Positions 10,492-22,288 of a stretch of DNA of 64,000 nt are shown here, one piece after another. Below the pieces are notes generated by a model. It searched no databases and had not been told where the DNA came from. It worked only from the letters and a program-made list of their open reading frames with translations. Both the position numbers and the translations under genes were made by a program. The DNA is from an uncultured Lentisphaerota bacterium (GTDB lineage: Bacteria > Verrucomicrobiota > Kiritimatiellia > RFP12 > UBA1067). Each line of letters begins with the position of its first letter. The stretch's first letter is position 1. The DNA is taken from assembly GCA_900320225.1 (NCBI GenBank), contig ONRL01000015.1, positions 24,383 through 88,382 on the forward strand. The letters are read 5' to 3'.

Positions 10492-12319
10492 CCTGCAAGC
10501 TCGGCTCCTGCTGGTTGCCGCGTCGCTCCTGCTGGTTGCGCTCGTGTGGGCGCTCTTCCGCCAGACGGGGGGATTTGAGTTCCTTCGCCTTGACGATCCG
10601 GGCTACACGTATCTCTGCCCGTTCGTGAAGGACGGCTTGTCATGGGCGAACGTGCGCGAGGCATTCACGAACGTGCGGCACGAGGCCATCTGGATGCCCG
10701 TGACGAACATTTCCTACATGTGCGCCATCTCGCTGTTCGGTCCCGGTGCGGGCGCTCACCATCTCGTGAACGTCGCCATCCACGCGCTGAACGCGGTTCT
10801 GCTGCTGTGGTTGCTGGTCGCACTGGGACAACGGGCGTCTCGCCTGGTGACGGTCGCGTTCCTCCTCGCCGCCTTCTGGGCGCTCCACCCGCAACGCGTG
10901 GAGGCGGTGGCGTGGATCGCGAGCCGCAAGGAGCTGCTTTGCACCACGTTCGTCCTCGGGGGACTTCTCTGCTGGCTTCGCGCGCGGAGACGGGAGGGGT
11001 GGGGATGGATCCCTGCCTTGGCGGGCACGTATGCCTGTTACGCGCTGGCGTGCATGAGCAAGCCCACGGCGATGTGCTTCCCGTTCCTCGTGCTCGCGGT
11101 CGAGGGGATCTTGTGGCCGCGACAAACGCGCTCATCGCCTTTCTCCTTTGTCCTTTGTCAGTTGTCCTTCTTCCTTCTCATCGCTGCCGCCACAGGCGCG
11201 CTGGCGGTCTATTCGCAGACGCATCCCGAAGGCCATGCCGAGCTCGCGCTGTTCAGCGCGCCGCTGGGATGGCGCATCCTCAACGCCACCGTGTCCGTGG
11301 GGCTTTACATTTTCCAGATGTTCATTCCCGTGGGCATTCATCTTGATTACCGTGCCGTGCCGGGCGACTGGCCGCTCCACGGCGCGCTCGGGTTGGTGGT
11401 GCTGGCGCTTGCGGTGTCGGGAATTGGAGGGGAGTGGTGGTGGCGCCGCCGTACATGGCGGCGATCCGGACAGGGCGCCGACGCTGACCGCGCCACTCTT
11501 TTCCTCATGGGGGCGATTGGACTTTGGTTCTTCGCCTCGTTGGGGCCCACGCTGGGCATCTTCGGCAGTTTCGGCGAACATGCGCGCGCCGACCGCTTCC
11601 TCTACCTGCCCGCGATGGCCTTGCCCATCGGTGCGATGCTCTTGTGGGGGAGGCTCGGCTGCGAGGGAGGGTCGCGCTCCCGTGTCCTCGTATGGGGAGC
11701 CGCCGTCTCGGCGGCTCTGGTTGTGGCAGTCTCCTTCACGGTCGCCTATCCGGTCGTGGCGAGCTACCGCACGGACATGACGGCGTTCACGCGCACGTTG
11801 GCGGTCGACCCCGACAACTGGCGCGCGCTTGCACATGTCGGCGAGGCGCGTTGCGCCGCAGGCGATCTTGGCGCGGGCATCGACTTGTTGCGGCGCAGCC
11901 GCACGGTCCTGGCGCGCGACGCCACCGACGGGAAGTTGGCCTACGCGCTGATGCGCCGCGGACGCGCGGAGGATTGGGCGGAAATCCGCGACGTCTGCGC
12001 GGCCGTGGCGTCCAATCCCGCGCGCGACGCGCGCGGGCAGGCGTTGGAGGCGCTGGGCACGGCCGAGCTGGTGGCGCGGAACTGGGCGGATGCCGCCCGG
12101 TATCTGCTCTTCTCCATCAAAGCGCCGGCACGCCACTATTCATCTGCCGACGCCATCCTAAAGCTGGCTTTCGCGCAACACAATGGCGGACGGCGCGCGG
12201 ATGCGCGGAAACTTCTGGAGTGGGTTCGGGATAGTTCGGGGCGCGAAGACCTCGCCAAGCGGGCGCGGGAGGTGCTGTCGGTGCTCGAGTATTCGCCACG
12301 CGGGATGTTGTTTTGGTGA
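10469..12319 (+). CDS. polytopic membrane protein with C-terminal TPR repeats, PMT/ArnT/TMTC-like (GT-C fold glycosyltransferase-like)
   Basis: multiple TM helices, loop with DDPGY acidic motif, C-terminal TPR-like helical repeats; functional family assignment tentative. Confidence 0.45.
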   Translation: MTRRTSTNLQARLLLVAASLLLVALVWALFRQTGGFEFLRLDDPGYTYLCPFVKDGLSWANVREAFTNVRHEAIWMPVTNISYMCAISLFGPGAGAHHLVNVAIHALNAVLLLWLLVALGQRASRLVTVAFLLAAFWALHPQRVEAVAWIASRKELLCTTFVLGGLLCWLRARRREGWGWIPALAGTYACYALACMSKPTAMCFPFLVLAVEGILWPRQTRSSPFSFVLCQLSFFLLIAAATGALAVYSQTHPEGHAELALFSAPLGWRILNATVSVGLYIFQMFIPVGIHLDYRAVPGDWPLHGALGLVVLALAVSGIGGEWWWRRRTWRRSGQGADADRATLFLMGAIGLWFFASLGPTLGIFGSFGEHARADRFLYLPAMALPIGAMLLWGRLGCEGGSRSRVLVWGAAVSAALVVAVSFTVAYPVVASYRTDMTAFTRTLAVDPDNWRALAHVGEARCAAGDLGAGIDLLRRSRTVLARDATDGKLAYALMRRGRAEDWAEIRDVCAAVASNPARDARGQALEALGTAELVARNWADAARYLLFSIKAPARHYSSADAILKLAFAQHNGGRRADARKLLEWVRDSSGREDLAKRAREVLSVLEYSPRGMLFW

Positions 12320-12322
12320 GAG

Positions 12323-15208
12323 GTGTACATGGCAGATATCATCATAGAAGGTGCGAAAGTCCACAACCTGCGCGACATCGACGTGCGCATCCCGCGCAAT
12401 TCGCTGACCGTCGTGACGGGGCTCTCGGGGAGCGGCAAGTCCTCGCTCGCGTTTGACACGCTCTACGCCGAGGGACAGCGCCGGTACGTGGAGTCGCTGA
12501 GCGCGTACGCTCGCCAGTTCCTCGACCAGATGCAGAAGCCGGACGTCGAGCGCATCGAGGGGCTGTCCCCCGCCATCGCCATCGAACAGCGCACCTCCGG
12601 CGGTAACCCGCGTTCGATTGTGGCCACCGTCACGGAAATACACGACTATCTGCGTCTCCTCTACGGCAACGTGGGCGTGGCGCACTGTCCGAAGTGCGGC
12701 AAGCCCGTGCGCCGACAGAGCGCGGAGGAGATCGTGGAGTCGATCCTGAAGTTTCCCGCCGGATCGAAGTTGATCCTCTACGCGCCGGCGGTGAAAGGGC
12801 GCAAGGGCCGCCACGAGGAGACCTTGGCGGAGATCAAGCGGGCGGGTTTCGCGCGCGTGCGCGTGGATGGCGTCACCTACGCCCTTGAAGAGGTGCCTGC
12901 CCTCGACAAGAAGAAGAACCATTCAATCGACGTGGTGGTGGACCGTCTCGTGATTCCCGCCCCTGCCGATAGCAGTGATGGCCGAACGGCGTTCGGGCAA
13001 TTTACCACCCGCCTCACCGACTCCGTGGAGCTCGGCCTCAAGACCGGCAACGGCATCATCGTGGTGGAGCGAGTTGCGGACGCGCAGCAGCGCGTCCCTC
13101 CTGTGGTTTTCTCCGAGAAAAACGCCTGCCCCGACTGCGGCATCTCCTTCGACGAGCTGAAGCCGCGCAACTTCTCATTCAACTCGCCGTTCGGGGCGTG
13201 CCCGACGTGCGGCGGTCTCGGCTCCATCTTCTACTTCGACGAGGATCTCGTGATCCCCGACAAGACGCTCCCCCTCCGCGAATGCATACATCCCTGGCGT
13301 CGCGCCGGACACATGGCGATCATGTACTACAACGAGATCCTCTCGCGGATCGCCAAGCAGTACAAGGTGAAACTGGAGACGCCGTGGGAGAAGCTGCCCG
13401 CCAGTTTCCGCCACAAGCTGCTGCACGGCTTTGACGACGACCTCATCCTCCCCTGGCGCACGAACGACAAGCCCTTCGAGGGCGTGATGGCCACGCTCCA
13501 GCGCATGATGGAGCAGGCGGAGAGCGACGAGCGGCGCGAGAAGTTCGAGTCGTACCAGAGCGACCGGCCGTGTCCCGCGTGTCACGGCGCACGGCTCAAC
13601 CCCGTATCGTGCGCCGTCACGGTGGCGGGCAAGACGATCGTCGAGGTGATGGCGCTCCCCGTGAAGGACGCCCTGACGTTCTTCAAGGGACTGACCGGCG
13701 AGAAGTACGCCGTCGTGAAGGACGTCCTGAAGGAGATCGTGAAGCGGCTCGGCTTCCTCAACGACGTGGGCCTCGACTACCTCACGCTCGACCGGTCAAG
13801 CGGCTCGCTCTCCGGCGGCGAGATGCAGCGCATCCGCCTCGCCTCGCAGATCGGGAGCGGTCTCACGGGCGTACTGTACGTGCTCGACGAACCCACCATC
13901 GGCCTCCATCCCCGCGACAACGCGCGCCTGATCGCCACGCTGAAGGAGCTGCGCGACCGGGGCAACACCGTGGTGGTGGTGGAACACGACGCGGAGATGA
14001 TGCGCACGGCCGATTACATCGTGGATCTCGGCCCCGGCGCCGGCCGCGAGGGCGGCCGCGTGATGTATCAGGGCGATTTCAAGGGGCTCCTCAAATCCGG
14101 CACGCTCACGGCCGATTACCTCACCGGAAAGCGGCGGATCGAATCCGGCCGCGCAGGAGCGCGGCCCTCCCGCGGCGGTCAAGCTGAAGCGCGCCCCTCC
14201 CGCAGCAGTGATGGCCGAACTGCGTTCGGTCGATACCTCACCATCTCCGGCTGTACGCACCATAATCTCAAGAACGTCACGGCGAAGATCCCGCTCGGCA
14301 CCTTCACCGTGGTGACCGGCGTGTCGGGGAGCGGCAAATCCTCGCTCATCGACGAAACCTTGAAACGCGAGCTCATGCGCCGCTTCTACCACGCGAAGGC
14401 CGTGCCCGGCAAGTTCCGGAAGCTCACCGGCGTGGAGCACATCGACAAGGTGATCGAGATCGACCAGTCGCCCATCGGGCGCACCCCGCGCTCGAACCCC
14501 GCCACCTACGTGGGCTTCTTCAGCGACATCCGCGAGCTGTTCGCAAAGACCGAGGGCGCGAAGGCGCGCGGCTACACGGCGGGGCGCTTCAGCTTCAACG
14601 TGAAGGGCGGACGCTGCGAGACGTGCGGCGGCGACGGCGTGCGCAAGCTCGAGATGAGTTTCCTTCCCGATGTCTACGTGACGTGCGAGCAATGCAACGG
14701 GCGGCGCTTCAACAAGGAGACGCTCGAGGTCAAGTACGGCGGCAAGACGATTTCCGACGTGCTCGACATGACCGTCGCCGAGGCATACGAATTCTTCGCG
14801 AAGGTGCCGCGCCTCGCGGCGAAGCTGAAGACGCTTGTGGACGTGGGCCTCGGCTACATCGGCCTCGGACAGCCCGCGACGACGCTCTCCGGCGGCGAGG
14901 CGCAGCGCATCAAGCTCGCGACGGAACTCTCGCGCCGCTCGACGGGCCGCACGCTCTACCTCCTCGATGAGCCCACCACGGGCCTCCACTTCGACGATGT
15001 GGCGAAGCTCATGGCGCTCCTCCTCAAGCTGCGCGAAAGCGGCAACACCGTGGTCGTGATCGAGCACAACGTGGACGTGATGCGTTGCGCGGACTGGATC
15101 ATCGACCTCGGCCCCGGCGGCGGCGACGCGGGCGGCACGCTCGTGGCGGAGGGCCCGCCCGAGGCGATCCGTGCCAACCCGGCTTCCCTCACCGGCCGGT
15201 TCCTGTAG
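12323..15208 (+). CDS. uvrA: excinuclease ABC subunit A
   Basis: two ABC ATPase modules ([35 protein letters not shown]; [11 protein letters not shown]), zinc fingers CPKCG, CPDCG, CETCGG. Carries two in-frame palindromic inserts. Confidence 0.95.
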   Translation: MYMADIIIEGAKVHNLRDIDVRIPRNSLTVVTGLSGSGKSSLAFDTLYAEGQRRYVESLSAYARQFLDQMQKPDVERIEGLSPAIAIEQRTSGGNPRSIVATVTEIHDYLRLLYGNVGVAHCPKCGKPVRRQSAEEIVESILKFPAGSKLILYAPAVKGRKGRHEETLAEIKRAGFARVRVDGVTYALEEVPALDKKKNHSIDVVVDRLVIPAPADSSDGRTAFGQFTTRLTDSVELGLKTGNGIIVVERVADAQQRVPPVVFSEKNACPDCGISFDELKPRNFSFNSPFGACPTCGGLGSIFYFDEDLVIPDKTLPLRECIHPWRRAGHMAIMYYNEILSRIAKQYKVKLETPWEKLPASFRHKLLHGFDDDLILPWRTNDKPFEGVMATLQRMMEQAESDERREKFESYQSDRPCPACHGARLNPVSCAVTVAGKTIVEVMALPVKDALTFFKGLTGEKYAVVKDVLKEIVKRLGFLNDVGLDYLTLDRSSGSLSGGEMQRIRLASQIGSGLTGVLYVLDEPTIGLHPRDNARLIATLKELRDRGNTVVVVEHDAEMMRTADYIVDLGPGAGREGGRVMYQGDFKGLLKSGTLTADYLTGKRRIESGRAGARPSRGGQAEARPSRSSDGRTAFGRYLTISGCTHHNLKNVTAKIPLGTFTVVTGVSGSGKSSLIDETLKRELMRRFYHAKAVPGKFRKLTGVEHIDKVIEIDQSPIGRTPRSNPATYVGFFSDIRELFAKTEGAKARGYTAGRFSFNVKGGRCETCGGDGVRKLEMSFLPDVYVTCEQCNGRRFNKETLEVKYGGKTISDVLDMTVAEAYEFFAKVPRLAAKLKTLVDVGLGYIGLGQPATTLSGGEAQRIKLATELSRRSTGRTLYLLDEPTTGLHFDDVAKLMALLLKLRESGNTVVVIEHNVDVMRCADWIIDLGPGGGDAGGTLVAEGPPEAIRANPASLTGRFL
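12975..13003 (+). repeat. family-C palindromic element (GATGGCCGAACgGCGTTCGGGCAA) in frame within uvrA (encodes SDGRTAFGQ)
   Basis: related copies in uvrA (14208) and valS (25436, 25908), each translating to a D-G-[RQ]-T-[AV]-F-[GD]-[QR] peptide. Confidence 0.75.
14150..14234 (+). repeat. composite in-frame insert in uvrA: tandem duplicated REP-A fragment (reverse orientation) plus family-C palindrome (encodes [30 protein letters not shown])
   Basis: gagcgcggccctcccgcggc / gaagcgcgcccctcccgcagc duplication followed by gtgatggccgaactgcgttcggtcgat. The extra ~25 aa are judged, from memory of E. coli UvrA, to be absent from its linker. Confidence 0.7.
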
Positions 15209-15340
15209 GGGGCGGTGAGAGGAGTAGGAGTGGTGAGAGGAGTGGGATGTGAGAGAGGTGGGAGTTCCGCCCCCCCTCTGGCCCATCGCACGATTCTCAC
15301 CCCTCTCACCTCTCCCACTCCTCCCACCACAAGCCCCCAA
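15205..15340. repeat. long imperfect inverted repeat (purine-rich GGTGAGAGGAGT units, then the pyrimidine-rich complement) between uvrA and purL; terminator and/or MITE-like
   Basis: ggtgagaggagtaggagtggtgagaggagtgggatgtgagagaggtgggag ... ctcacccctctcacctctcccactcctcccacc. Confidence 0.6.
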
Positions 15341-15383
15341 ATTGTGCTATACTATTACTCTCCTGCAAGGAAAGCAAAAGACC

Positions 15384-18300
15384 ATGAAACCGATATTGAT
15401 GATGGGATCCGCGGCGTTCTCGCCGTTCCGCCTCGATGCCCTGCGCGCCGCCATGGCCGCAGCCGACTCCGCGTTCGCGGGCGCGAAGATCAACGCCCGC
15501 TGGGTGTACGCGATTGAACCCGAGGGCAAGGGCCCCGACGCCGAGACGCTCGCCCGCGCCGCGCTGCTGCTCAATGCGGATGGAGTGCAGAGTGCAGAGT
15601 GCTTAGTGCCGGGGACTGCACCCAGCACCCAGCACCAAGCACTCAGCACGTTCTACGTCACGCCGCGCAAGGGCACGATCTCGCCGTGGTCGTCGAAGGC
15701 TACCGACATCTTCCGCAACTGCGGTTTGAAGGGCATCGCACGCGTGGAGCGCGGCATCCGCTTCAACGTGTCGCCTGCAGTGCCGCCAGCGGCTCTCGGC
15801 GCGCTCTACGACCGCATGACAGAGGGCGTGTACACCGACCTCGACGACCTCTTCGACTGCCCACCGCCGAAGCCCGGCGTCACGTTCGACGTGCTCGGAC
15901 GCGGCGTGGAGGCGATCCGCGAGGCAAATGTCTCGCTTGGCCTCGCGATTAGCGAGCCCGAGATGCAGTATCTCGCCGAGAGCTTCAAGGCCGCCGGGCG
16001 CAATCCCACGGACACGGAGCTCGTGATGTTCGGACAGGTCAACTCCGAGCACTGCCGCCACAAAATCTTCGGTGCCCAGTTCATCATCGACGGGAAGAAG
16101 CAGAAGGACTCCCTCTTCGGGATGATCAAGAACACCCACAAGAAGAACGGAAAGGGCACGCTCGTCGCCTACAAGGACAACTCCTCGGTTGTGGAGGGTT
16201 TCGCCACGGAGATGTTCGCGCCGACGGCGGACCACGACTACCGCTTCAAGAAGGTGCAGCTCGACCAGCTCATGAAGGTGGAAACCCACAACCATCCCAC
16301 GGCGATTTCCCCCTATCCGGGCGCGGCCACGGGCGTGGGCGGCGAAATCCGCGACGAGGCGGCGACGGGCAGCGGTTCGCGCTCCAATGCGGGCATCTGC
16401 GGCTTCATGGTGAGCGACCTGCACATCCCCGGTTTCCCGCAGCCGTGGGAACGCGAGTACGCCGAGTTTCCGAAGCGTCTCGCCACGCCGCTCGCGATCA
16501 TGACCGAGGGGCCCATCGGCGGCGCGGCGTTCGGAAATGAATTTGGGCGTCCGCAGCTGACGGGCTTCTTCCGTACGTACGAGGGAGTGGCGGCGGGGCT
16601 TTACCGCGGCTACCATAAGCCCATCATGCTCGCAGGCGGACACGGCGTGATCATCCGCGACCAGGTGGAGAAAAAGCCGGTCAAGACCGGCGCGTACATC
16701 GTGCAGATCGGCGGGCCCGCCATGCGCATCGGCCTTGGCGGCGGCGCGGCGAGCTCGATGATGACCGGCACGAACGACGAGGCGCTCGACTTCAACAGCG
16801 TCCAGCGCGGCAACGCCGAGATGCAGCGCCGCTGCCAGGGCGTGATCAATGCCTGCGCGTCGATGGGGCGGAAGAACCCGGTCCTCTCCATCCACGACAT
16901 CGGCGCGGGCGGCCTTTCCAATGGCTGTCCCGAGCTCGTCGAGGCGACGGGCGGGAAGTTCTCGCTCCGCACGGTCCACAACGAGGAGCCCTCCATGAAC
17001 CCGATGGAGATCTGGTGCTGCGAGGCCCAGGAGCGCTACGTGCTCGCGCTGAGGCGCGACGCGCGCGCGTGGTTCGAGGAGCTGTGCGCCCGCGAGCGCT
17101 GCCCCGTGGCGTTCATCGGCGAGGCGACGGGCGACGGGCGGCTCATCCTTGAAGACGAGTACTTCCACGACCGTCCGATCGACATGGACATCCGCGTGCT
17201 GCTCGGCAAGCCGCCGCGCATGGTGCGCGACGTCACGCACGTGGCGCGCGCGCATGAACCGTTGAAGTTCGCCGGCGTCAAGCCGCAGGACGCGTTCTTC
17301 CGTCTCCTCCACCTGCCCACGATCGCCGACAAGACCTTCCTCGTGACGATCACCGACCGCAGCGTGACCGGCCTCGTCGCGCGCGACCAGATGGTGGGCC
17401 CGTACCAGCTGCCGGCGGCGGACTGCGCGGTGACGATGATGGGCTACAAGACGCTCCACGGCCAGGCCATGGCCACCGGCGAGCGCACGCCCGTGGCGCT
17501 CATCGACGCGCCGGCGTCCGGCCGCCTCGCCATCGCCGAGGCGCTCACGAACCTCGCCGCCGCCGACTGCGGCGACATCCGCAACGTGCGTCTCTCCGCG
17601 AACTGGATGGCGCCGTGCGGCGAGCCGGGCGAGGACGCGAACCTCTTCGACACCGTGAAGGCCGTGGGCCTCGATTTCTGTCCCGCGCTGGGCATCTCGA
17701 TCCCCGTGGGCAAGGACAGCTGCTCCATGCATACCACCTGGACCGACTCGAAGGGCAAGTCGCACAAGCAGGTGGCCCCGCTCTCGCTCGTCGTCTCCAG
17801 TTTCTCGCCCGTCGAGAACGTGCAGCGCACGCTCACGCCCGATCTCAAGCCGACGGCGTCGCAGCTCGTGTACGTTGATTTGAGCCAGGCGAAGTACCGC
17901 CTTGGCGGCAGCTGCCTCGCGCAGGTGTACAACCAGCTCGGCAACGAAAACGCGGATGCGGACGCGAAAACCCTGAAGGCGTTCTTCAACGCGATGCAGA
18001 AGATCGTGAAGGGCGGACTCGCACTCGCCTACCACGACCGTTCCGACGGCGGCCTCGCCGTGACGCTCGCCGAAATGGCGATCACCGGCGGCCGCGGCCT
18101 TGACGTGACCCTGCCCGACGGCGATGCGCTCGCCGTTCTCTTCTCCGAGGAGCCGGGCGCGGTGCTGCAGGTGGCGGACGACAAGCTGAAGGACGTGCTG
18201 GCCATCTTCCGCCGTGCGCGCCTCGGCGACTGCGTGCACGTGATCGGCGCGCCCACGGCCGATCGCGCCTTTACGGTCCATGTCGGGTGCCGTCGCGTTC

Positions 18301-19194
18301 TCGCGACGGACATCACCTCCATCCGCCGAGCGTGGAGCGAGACGACCTACCGCATGCAGGCGCTCCGCGACAACCCCGCCTCGGCGAAGGAGGAATACGA
18401 CAACGGCCTCGACGAGACCGACCCCGGCGCCCCGCATGGCCATCCTGCGCGAGCAGGGCGTGAACGGGCATATCGAGATGGCGGCGGCGTTCGCGCTCGC
18501 GGGTTTCGAGAGCGTGGACGTGCACATGACCGACCTCTTGGCGGGGCGCGTGGACCTTGCGGACTTCCAGGGCCTCGTCGCGTGCGGCGGTTTCAGCTAC
18601 GGCGACGTGCTGGGCGCGGGCAGCGGCTGGGCGCGGTCGATCCTCTTCAACCGCAAGCTCAAGGCGATGTTCAAGAAGTTCTTCCACCGGAAGGACACCT
18701 TCTCGCTCGGCGTGTGCAACGGCTGCCAGATGCTGTCGCAGCTCAAGGACATCATCCCCGGCGCCGAGGCGTGGCCGGAGTTCAAGCGCAACATCTCCGA
18801 GCAGTTCGAGGCGCGCTACTGCACGCTCGAGGTGCTCGAGTCGCCGTCGATCTTCTTCAAGGGCATGGCGGGGAGCCGCATTCCGATCGCCGTTGCGCAC
18901 GGCGAAGGGCGCGCGGTGTTCCCGGATGGCGTCGATGCCGCGAAGGCGAAGGCGGCGCTCCGCTACGTGGACGGCCGCGGCAACCCGACGGAGCGCTATC
19001 CGTGGAACCCGAACGGCTCGGCGGGCGGTCTCACGTCGTTCACGACGCGCGACGGACGCGCCACGATCATGATGCCGCACCCGGAGCGCGGCTTCCGCGC
19101 CGCGCAGCTCAGCTACAATCCGGGCGTGTTCACCGGCGAGGCCGGTCCTTGGATGCGCATGTTCCGCAATGCCTACGCCTTCGCAACCCGCTAG
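15384..19194 (+). CDS. purL: phosphoribosylformylglycinamidine synthase (large single-chain PurL) with apparent 1-nt frameshift near 18425-18440 before the C-terminal glutaminase domain
   Basis: N-terminus [20 protein letters not shown] matches the PurL N-domain. The glutaminase domain ([18 protein letters not shown]...[24 protein letters not shown]...GVCNGCQM) is only in a shifted frame. The switch lies at the C-run gaccccggcgccccgcatgg. Also carries an in-frame palindromic insert. Confidence 0.85.
15584..15650 (+). repeat. family-D imperfect palindromic insert (GTGCAGAGTGCAGAGTGCTTAGTGC...GCACCCAGCACCCAGCACCAAGCACTCAGCAC) in frame within purL (encodes [23 protein letters not shown])
   Basis: the two halves are reverse complements built from GTGCWGAGTGC units; low-complexity peptide interrupts a conserved region. 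Confidence 0.6.
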
Positions 19195-19217
19195 GGAGCA
19201 ACTTTCGACTTTTAACT

Positions 19218-19247
19218 TTCAACTATCACCTCATTTTATGGTATAAT
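19218..19247 (+). promoter_or_regulatory. sigma70-like extended -10 promoter (TTCAAC-18-TGgTATAAT) upstream of xseB
   Basis: ATTTATGGTATAAT motif, also present upstream of gspE at 32791-32804. Confidence 0.35.
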
Positions 19248-19300
19248 ACGCCCATCCACAAGGGAGGGAAAGTCGTTTCGCCCCCTGAGGAGGACAACTG

Positions 19301-19534
19301 ATGAGTGAAGAGCAGAAGAAAGAGACGACGTTCGAGCAGTCGCTCGCGCGGTTGGAGCGGATTGTCTCCGAGATGGAGGGTGGGACGTTGCCCCTCGACG
19401 ACATGATTAAGCGCTTTGAGGAGGGCCGTACGCTCGTGGCCGAATGCACGAAGCAGCTGGAAGGCATCCGCCAACGCATCGAGAAGGTCACTTCCGCCGT
19501 TCCGCCCGCTGTGGAGCCCCTGAACATTTTATGA
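19301..19534 (+). CDS. xseB: exodeoxyribonuclease VII small subunit
   Basis: 77 aa, FEQSLARLERIVSEMEGGTLPLDDMIKRFEEGRTLVAECTKQLEGIRQRIEKV. Confidence 0.85.
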   Translation: MSEEQKKETTFEQSLARLERIVSEMEGGTLPLDDMIKRFEEGRTLVAECTKQLEGIRQRIEKVTSAVPPAVEPLNIL

Positions 19535-20664
19535 CAAAAGACATCTACGTACAGGCCAAGGCCGACCATATCGCCTCGCTCGCGCGCGCGACGCCGCTCT
19601 CCGCGGTCGAGGAGCTCGTGTGGAACGCCCTTGACGCGGACGCGCGGGAAGTGCGCGTGGACCTTGTGCAGAACGCGCTGGGCGGCATCGACGCCGTGCG
19701 CGTGTCTGACGACGGAACCGGCATCGACATCCTGCGCAGCGAGGAGACGTTCGGTTCTCTCGGCGGCAGCTGGAAGCTGCAGGACGCGGGAACGACGGCC
19801 TCGTATCACCGTCGTCTTCACGGCCGGCACGGGCGCGGGCGCTTCAAGGCGTTCGCGCTCGGCACGCACGTGGAATGGCGCACCACGATGAAGGCCGGAG
19901 ACGGGTTGATTTCGTACACGCTCGCCGGTGACGCGAGCGACCCCGGGGTATTCCACGTCGCTCAGGCGGCAACGCCGGGGCCGGCCACGGGCACGGAGGT
20001 TTATGTGACGGGGGTGCGTGCGACGGTGGAGTCGCTGACAAGGCCCGAGGTGGTGGTGCAGACGCTGGCGGCGAAGTTCGCGCTCTACCTGAAGGCCTAT
20101 CCAGGTGTTTCGGTGTATTTCTGCGGCCTGCCCGTTTCGCCGGTCATCGTGCAGAAGGGGGTGGCGGACTACAAAGTCCGCCTCGACTCCGGCGCGGAGG
20201 CGAAGCTCGAGGTGATCGAGTGGCGGAAGAAGTTCGCGGGGAAGGGACGCATTGTGTTCTGCGGGCGCGACGGGTTCACGCTCTACGAGCGGCCGTCGGG
20301 CGTCAGGGCCGGCCAGCCGTTCAGTTACACGGCCTACCTCGTGGGCGGGCGGTTCGGCGAACTCGCGGCGGAGAACGCGCTCGTGATGGACGAGCTCCAT
20401 CCCGAGGTGCGCGCGTGGCTGGACGCGACGCGCGCGATCCTGAAGGAGCATTTCCGCCGACGGACGGAAGAGGCCGTGCAGGAACGCCTCCGCCGCTGGA
20501 TCGATGAAAAGATCTATCCGTTTGCGCCGGACGACGCGAGCGAGGCGCGTGCCGCCTTCGACGCGGGCGTCGCCGAGATGCGCGCGCAGATCGACGGCTT
20601 CGATTCCATGCCGGTCGCCGAGCGCGGGTACCTGTTCTCCCTCATTCGAAAGGCGGTGGGCTAA
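19531..20664 (+). CDS. GHKL-superfamily (HATPase_c_3, MORC/MutL-like) ATPase domain protein
   Basis: Bergerat-fold motifs ELVWNALDADAREVRV...VSDDGTGI; ATGA overlap with xseB stop. The N-terminus resembles that of the island GHKL protein at 48840. Confidence 0.5.
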   Translation: MTKDIYVQAKADHIASLARATPLSAVEELVWNALDADAREVRVDLVQNALGGIDAVRVSDDGTGIDILRSEETFGSLGGSWKLQDAGTTASYHRRLHGRHGRGRFKAFALGTHVEWRTTMKAGDGLISYTLAGDASDPGVFHVAQAATPGPATGTEVYVTGVRATVESLTRPEVVVQTLAAKFALYLKAYPGVSVYFCGLPVSPVIVQKGVADYKVRLDSGAEAKLEVIEWRKKFAGKGRIVFCGRDGFTLYERPSGVRAGQPFSYTAYLVGGRFGELAAENALVMDELHPEVRAWLDATRAILKEHFRRRTEEAVQERLRRWIDEKIYPFAPDDASEARAAFDAGVAEMRAQIDGFDSMPVAERGYLFSLIRKAVG

Positions 20665-20667
20665 GAG

Positions 20668-22260
20668 ATGTTCGCGGCCTTGGCCAACAATCCGTGGAGC
20701 AGCACGTGGAACCTCCTTTCGGACGGCGTCGCGATTCTCATCATCGCGGTGCTGTTGTTGCTCGGCGTTCTGGTTGGCTATGCGCTGCGCGGACTCGTCG
20801 GCCGTTGGCGGGCGGAGACCATTGAAAAGCGGATGCGCCTGCGCGAGGAGGAGAGCGAAAGCGAGATCAAGGCGAAATTGAAGGAGGCGGACATCGCCGC
20901 GCGCGCCGCCGTCGTGCGGGCGAAGGAGGAATTCGACGTGTCCGCGAAGAAGCGCCGCGCCGAACTCCAGTCCGTCGAAGACCGCCTCTCGCAGCGTGAA
21001 AACATGCTGGACCGGCGCGCCGAACAGCTGGACGAGAAGGTCGCCGCCGTGGAGGCGAAGCAGGCCGCCGTCACGGCGGCCGCGGAGAAGGCGGCGGCGG
21101 ACGCCGCCACCGCCGACAAGCGGTTGAAGGACCTCGCGAAGATGACCCACGAAGAGGCCCGCCGCGAGATCCTCACGCGCGCGAACGCGGAACTCCGCGC
21201 CGACGCGGCCATCCTTTCCCGCCGCATCCAGGAGGCCGCGCGCGAACAGGGCGAGACGATTGCCCAGCGCCTTGTGGCGGACGCCATCCAGCGATGCGCC
21301 GTCACGCACCTGAACGAGCTCGCGACGACGGCGGTACAGCTGCCGACTCCGGAAATGAAGGGCCGCATCGTCGGGCGCGACGGCCGCAACGTGCGCGCGT
21401 TCGAGGCGGCGACGGGCGTGACGCTTCTGCTGGACGACGCGCCGGACACGGTCGTGCTCTCCGCGTTCGATCCCCTGCGCCGCGAAATCGCCCGCCGCGC
21501 GCTGACGGCCCTGATCGCCGACGGGCGCATCCACCCCGCGTCGATCGAGAGCGCGGTGGCGACCGCGCGCGACCAGATATCGGTCGCGAACGAGGAGGCG
21601 GGGACGGCCGCGGCCGCCGAGGCCGGCGTGCCCGGGCTTCCCGCCGACGTGCTGCGCCTCATGGGCACGCTCGCCTTCCGCACGTCCTTCACGCAGAACG
21701 TCCTGCGCCATTCCGTGGAGGTGGCGCTCCTCATGGGCACGATGGCGGCGGAGATGGGCCTTGACGCCGCACGTGCCCGGCGCATCGGTTTTCTGCACGA
21801 TGTCGGCAAGGCGATCACCGCCGAGAAGAAAGGCGCGCACGCCGTCTTGGGTGCCGAGTTCCTGAAATCCCACGGCGAGGCCGACGCGGTGTGCGCGGCC
21901 GTCGCCGCCCACCATTCGGATCCCGGCACGGACGGCGGCGTGTACGGCGTGCTCTGCTCGGCGGCGGACGCGATCTCGTCCGCACGGCCCGGCGCGCGCC
22001 AGGAGAGCCTCGGCGACTACGTGCAGCGCCTCGAGACGATCGAGAAGCTGGCGCGCGCGCACAAGGGCGTCGTGAACGTCTACGCCGTGCAGGCCGGGCG
22101 CGATCTCCGCGTGCTGGTGGATCCCGACGTCCTTCCGGACGCAGACATCCCGACCCTTGCCGGGGAAATCTGCCGAGACATCTCAAACCAGCTGAAGTTC
22201 CCGGGCCTCATCCGCGTGACGGTCATTCGGGAACTTCGGTGCGTGGAGTATGCGAAGTAA
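20668..22260 (+). CDS. rny: ribonuclease Y
   Basis: N-terminal TM helix, coiled coil, KH domain (GRIVGRDGRNVRAFEAATGV), HD domain (HSVEVALLMGTMAAE...GFLHDVGKA...HH). Confidence 0.85.
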   Translation: MFAALANNPWSSTWNLLSDGVAILIIAVLLLLGVLVGYALRGLVGRWRAETIEKRMRLREEESESEIKAKLKEADIAARAAVVRAKEEFDVSAKKRRAELQSVEDRLSQRENMLDRRAEQLDEKVAAVEAKQAAVTAAAEKAAADAATADKRLKDLAKMTHEEARREILTRANAELRADAAILSRRIQEAAREQGETIAQRLVADAIQRCAVTHLNELATTAVQLPTPEMKGRIVGRDGRNVRAFEAATGVTLLLDDAPDTVVLSAFDPLRREIARRALTALIADGRIHPASIESAVATARDQISVANEEAGTAAAAEAGVPGLPADVLRLMGTLAFRTSFTQNVLRHSVEVALLMGTMAAEMGLDAARARRIGFLHDVGKAITAEKKGAHAVLGAEFLKSHGEADAVCAAVAAHHSDPGTDGGVYGVLCSAADAISSARPGARQESLGDYVQRLETIEKLARAHKGVVNVYAVQAGRDLRVLVDPDVLPDADIPTLAGEICRDISNQLKFPGLIRVTVIRELRCVEYAK

Positions 22261-22288
22261 AGAAACCCAACAACAAAAGAGGTAGAAA

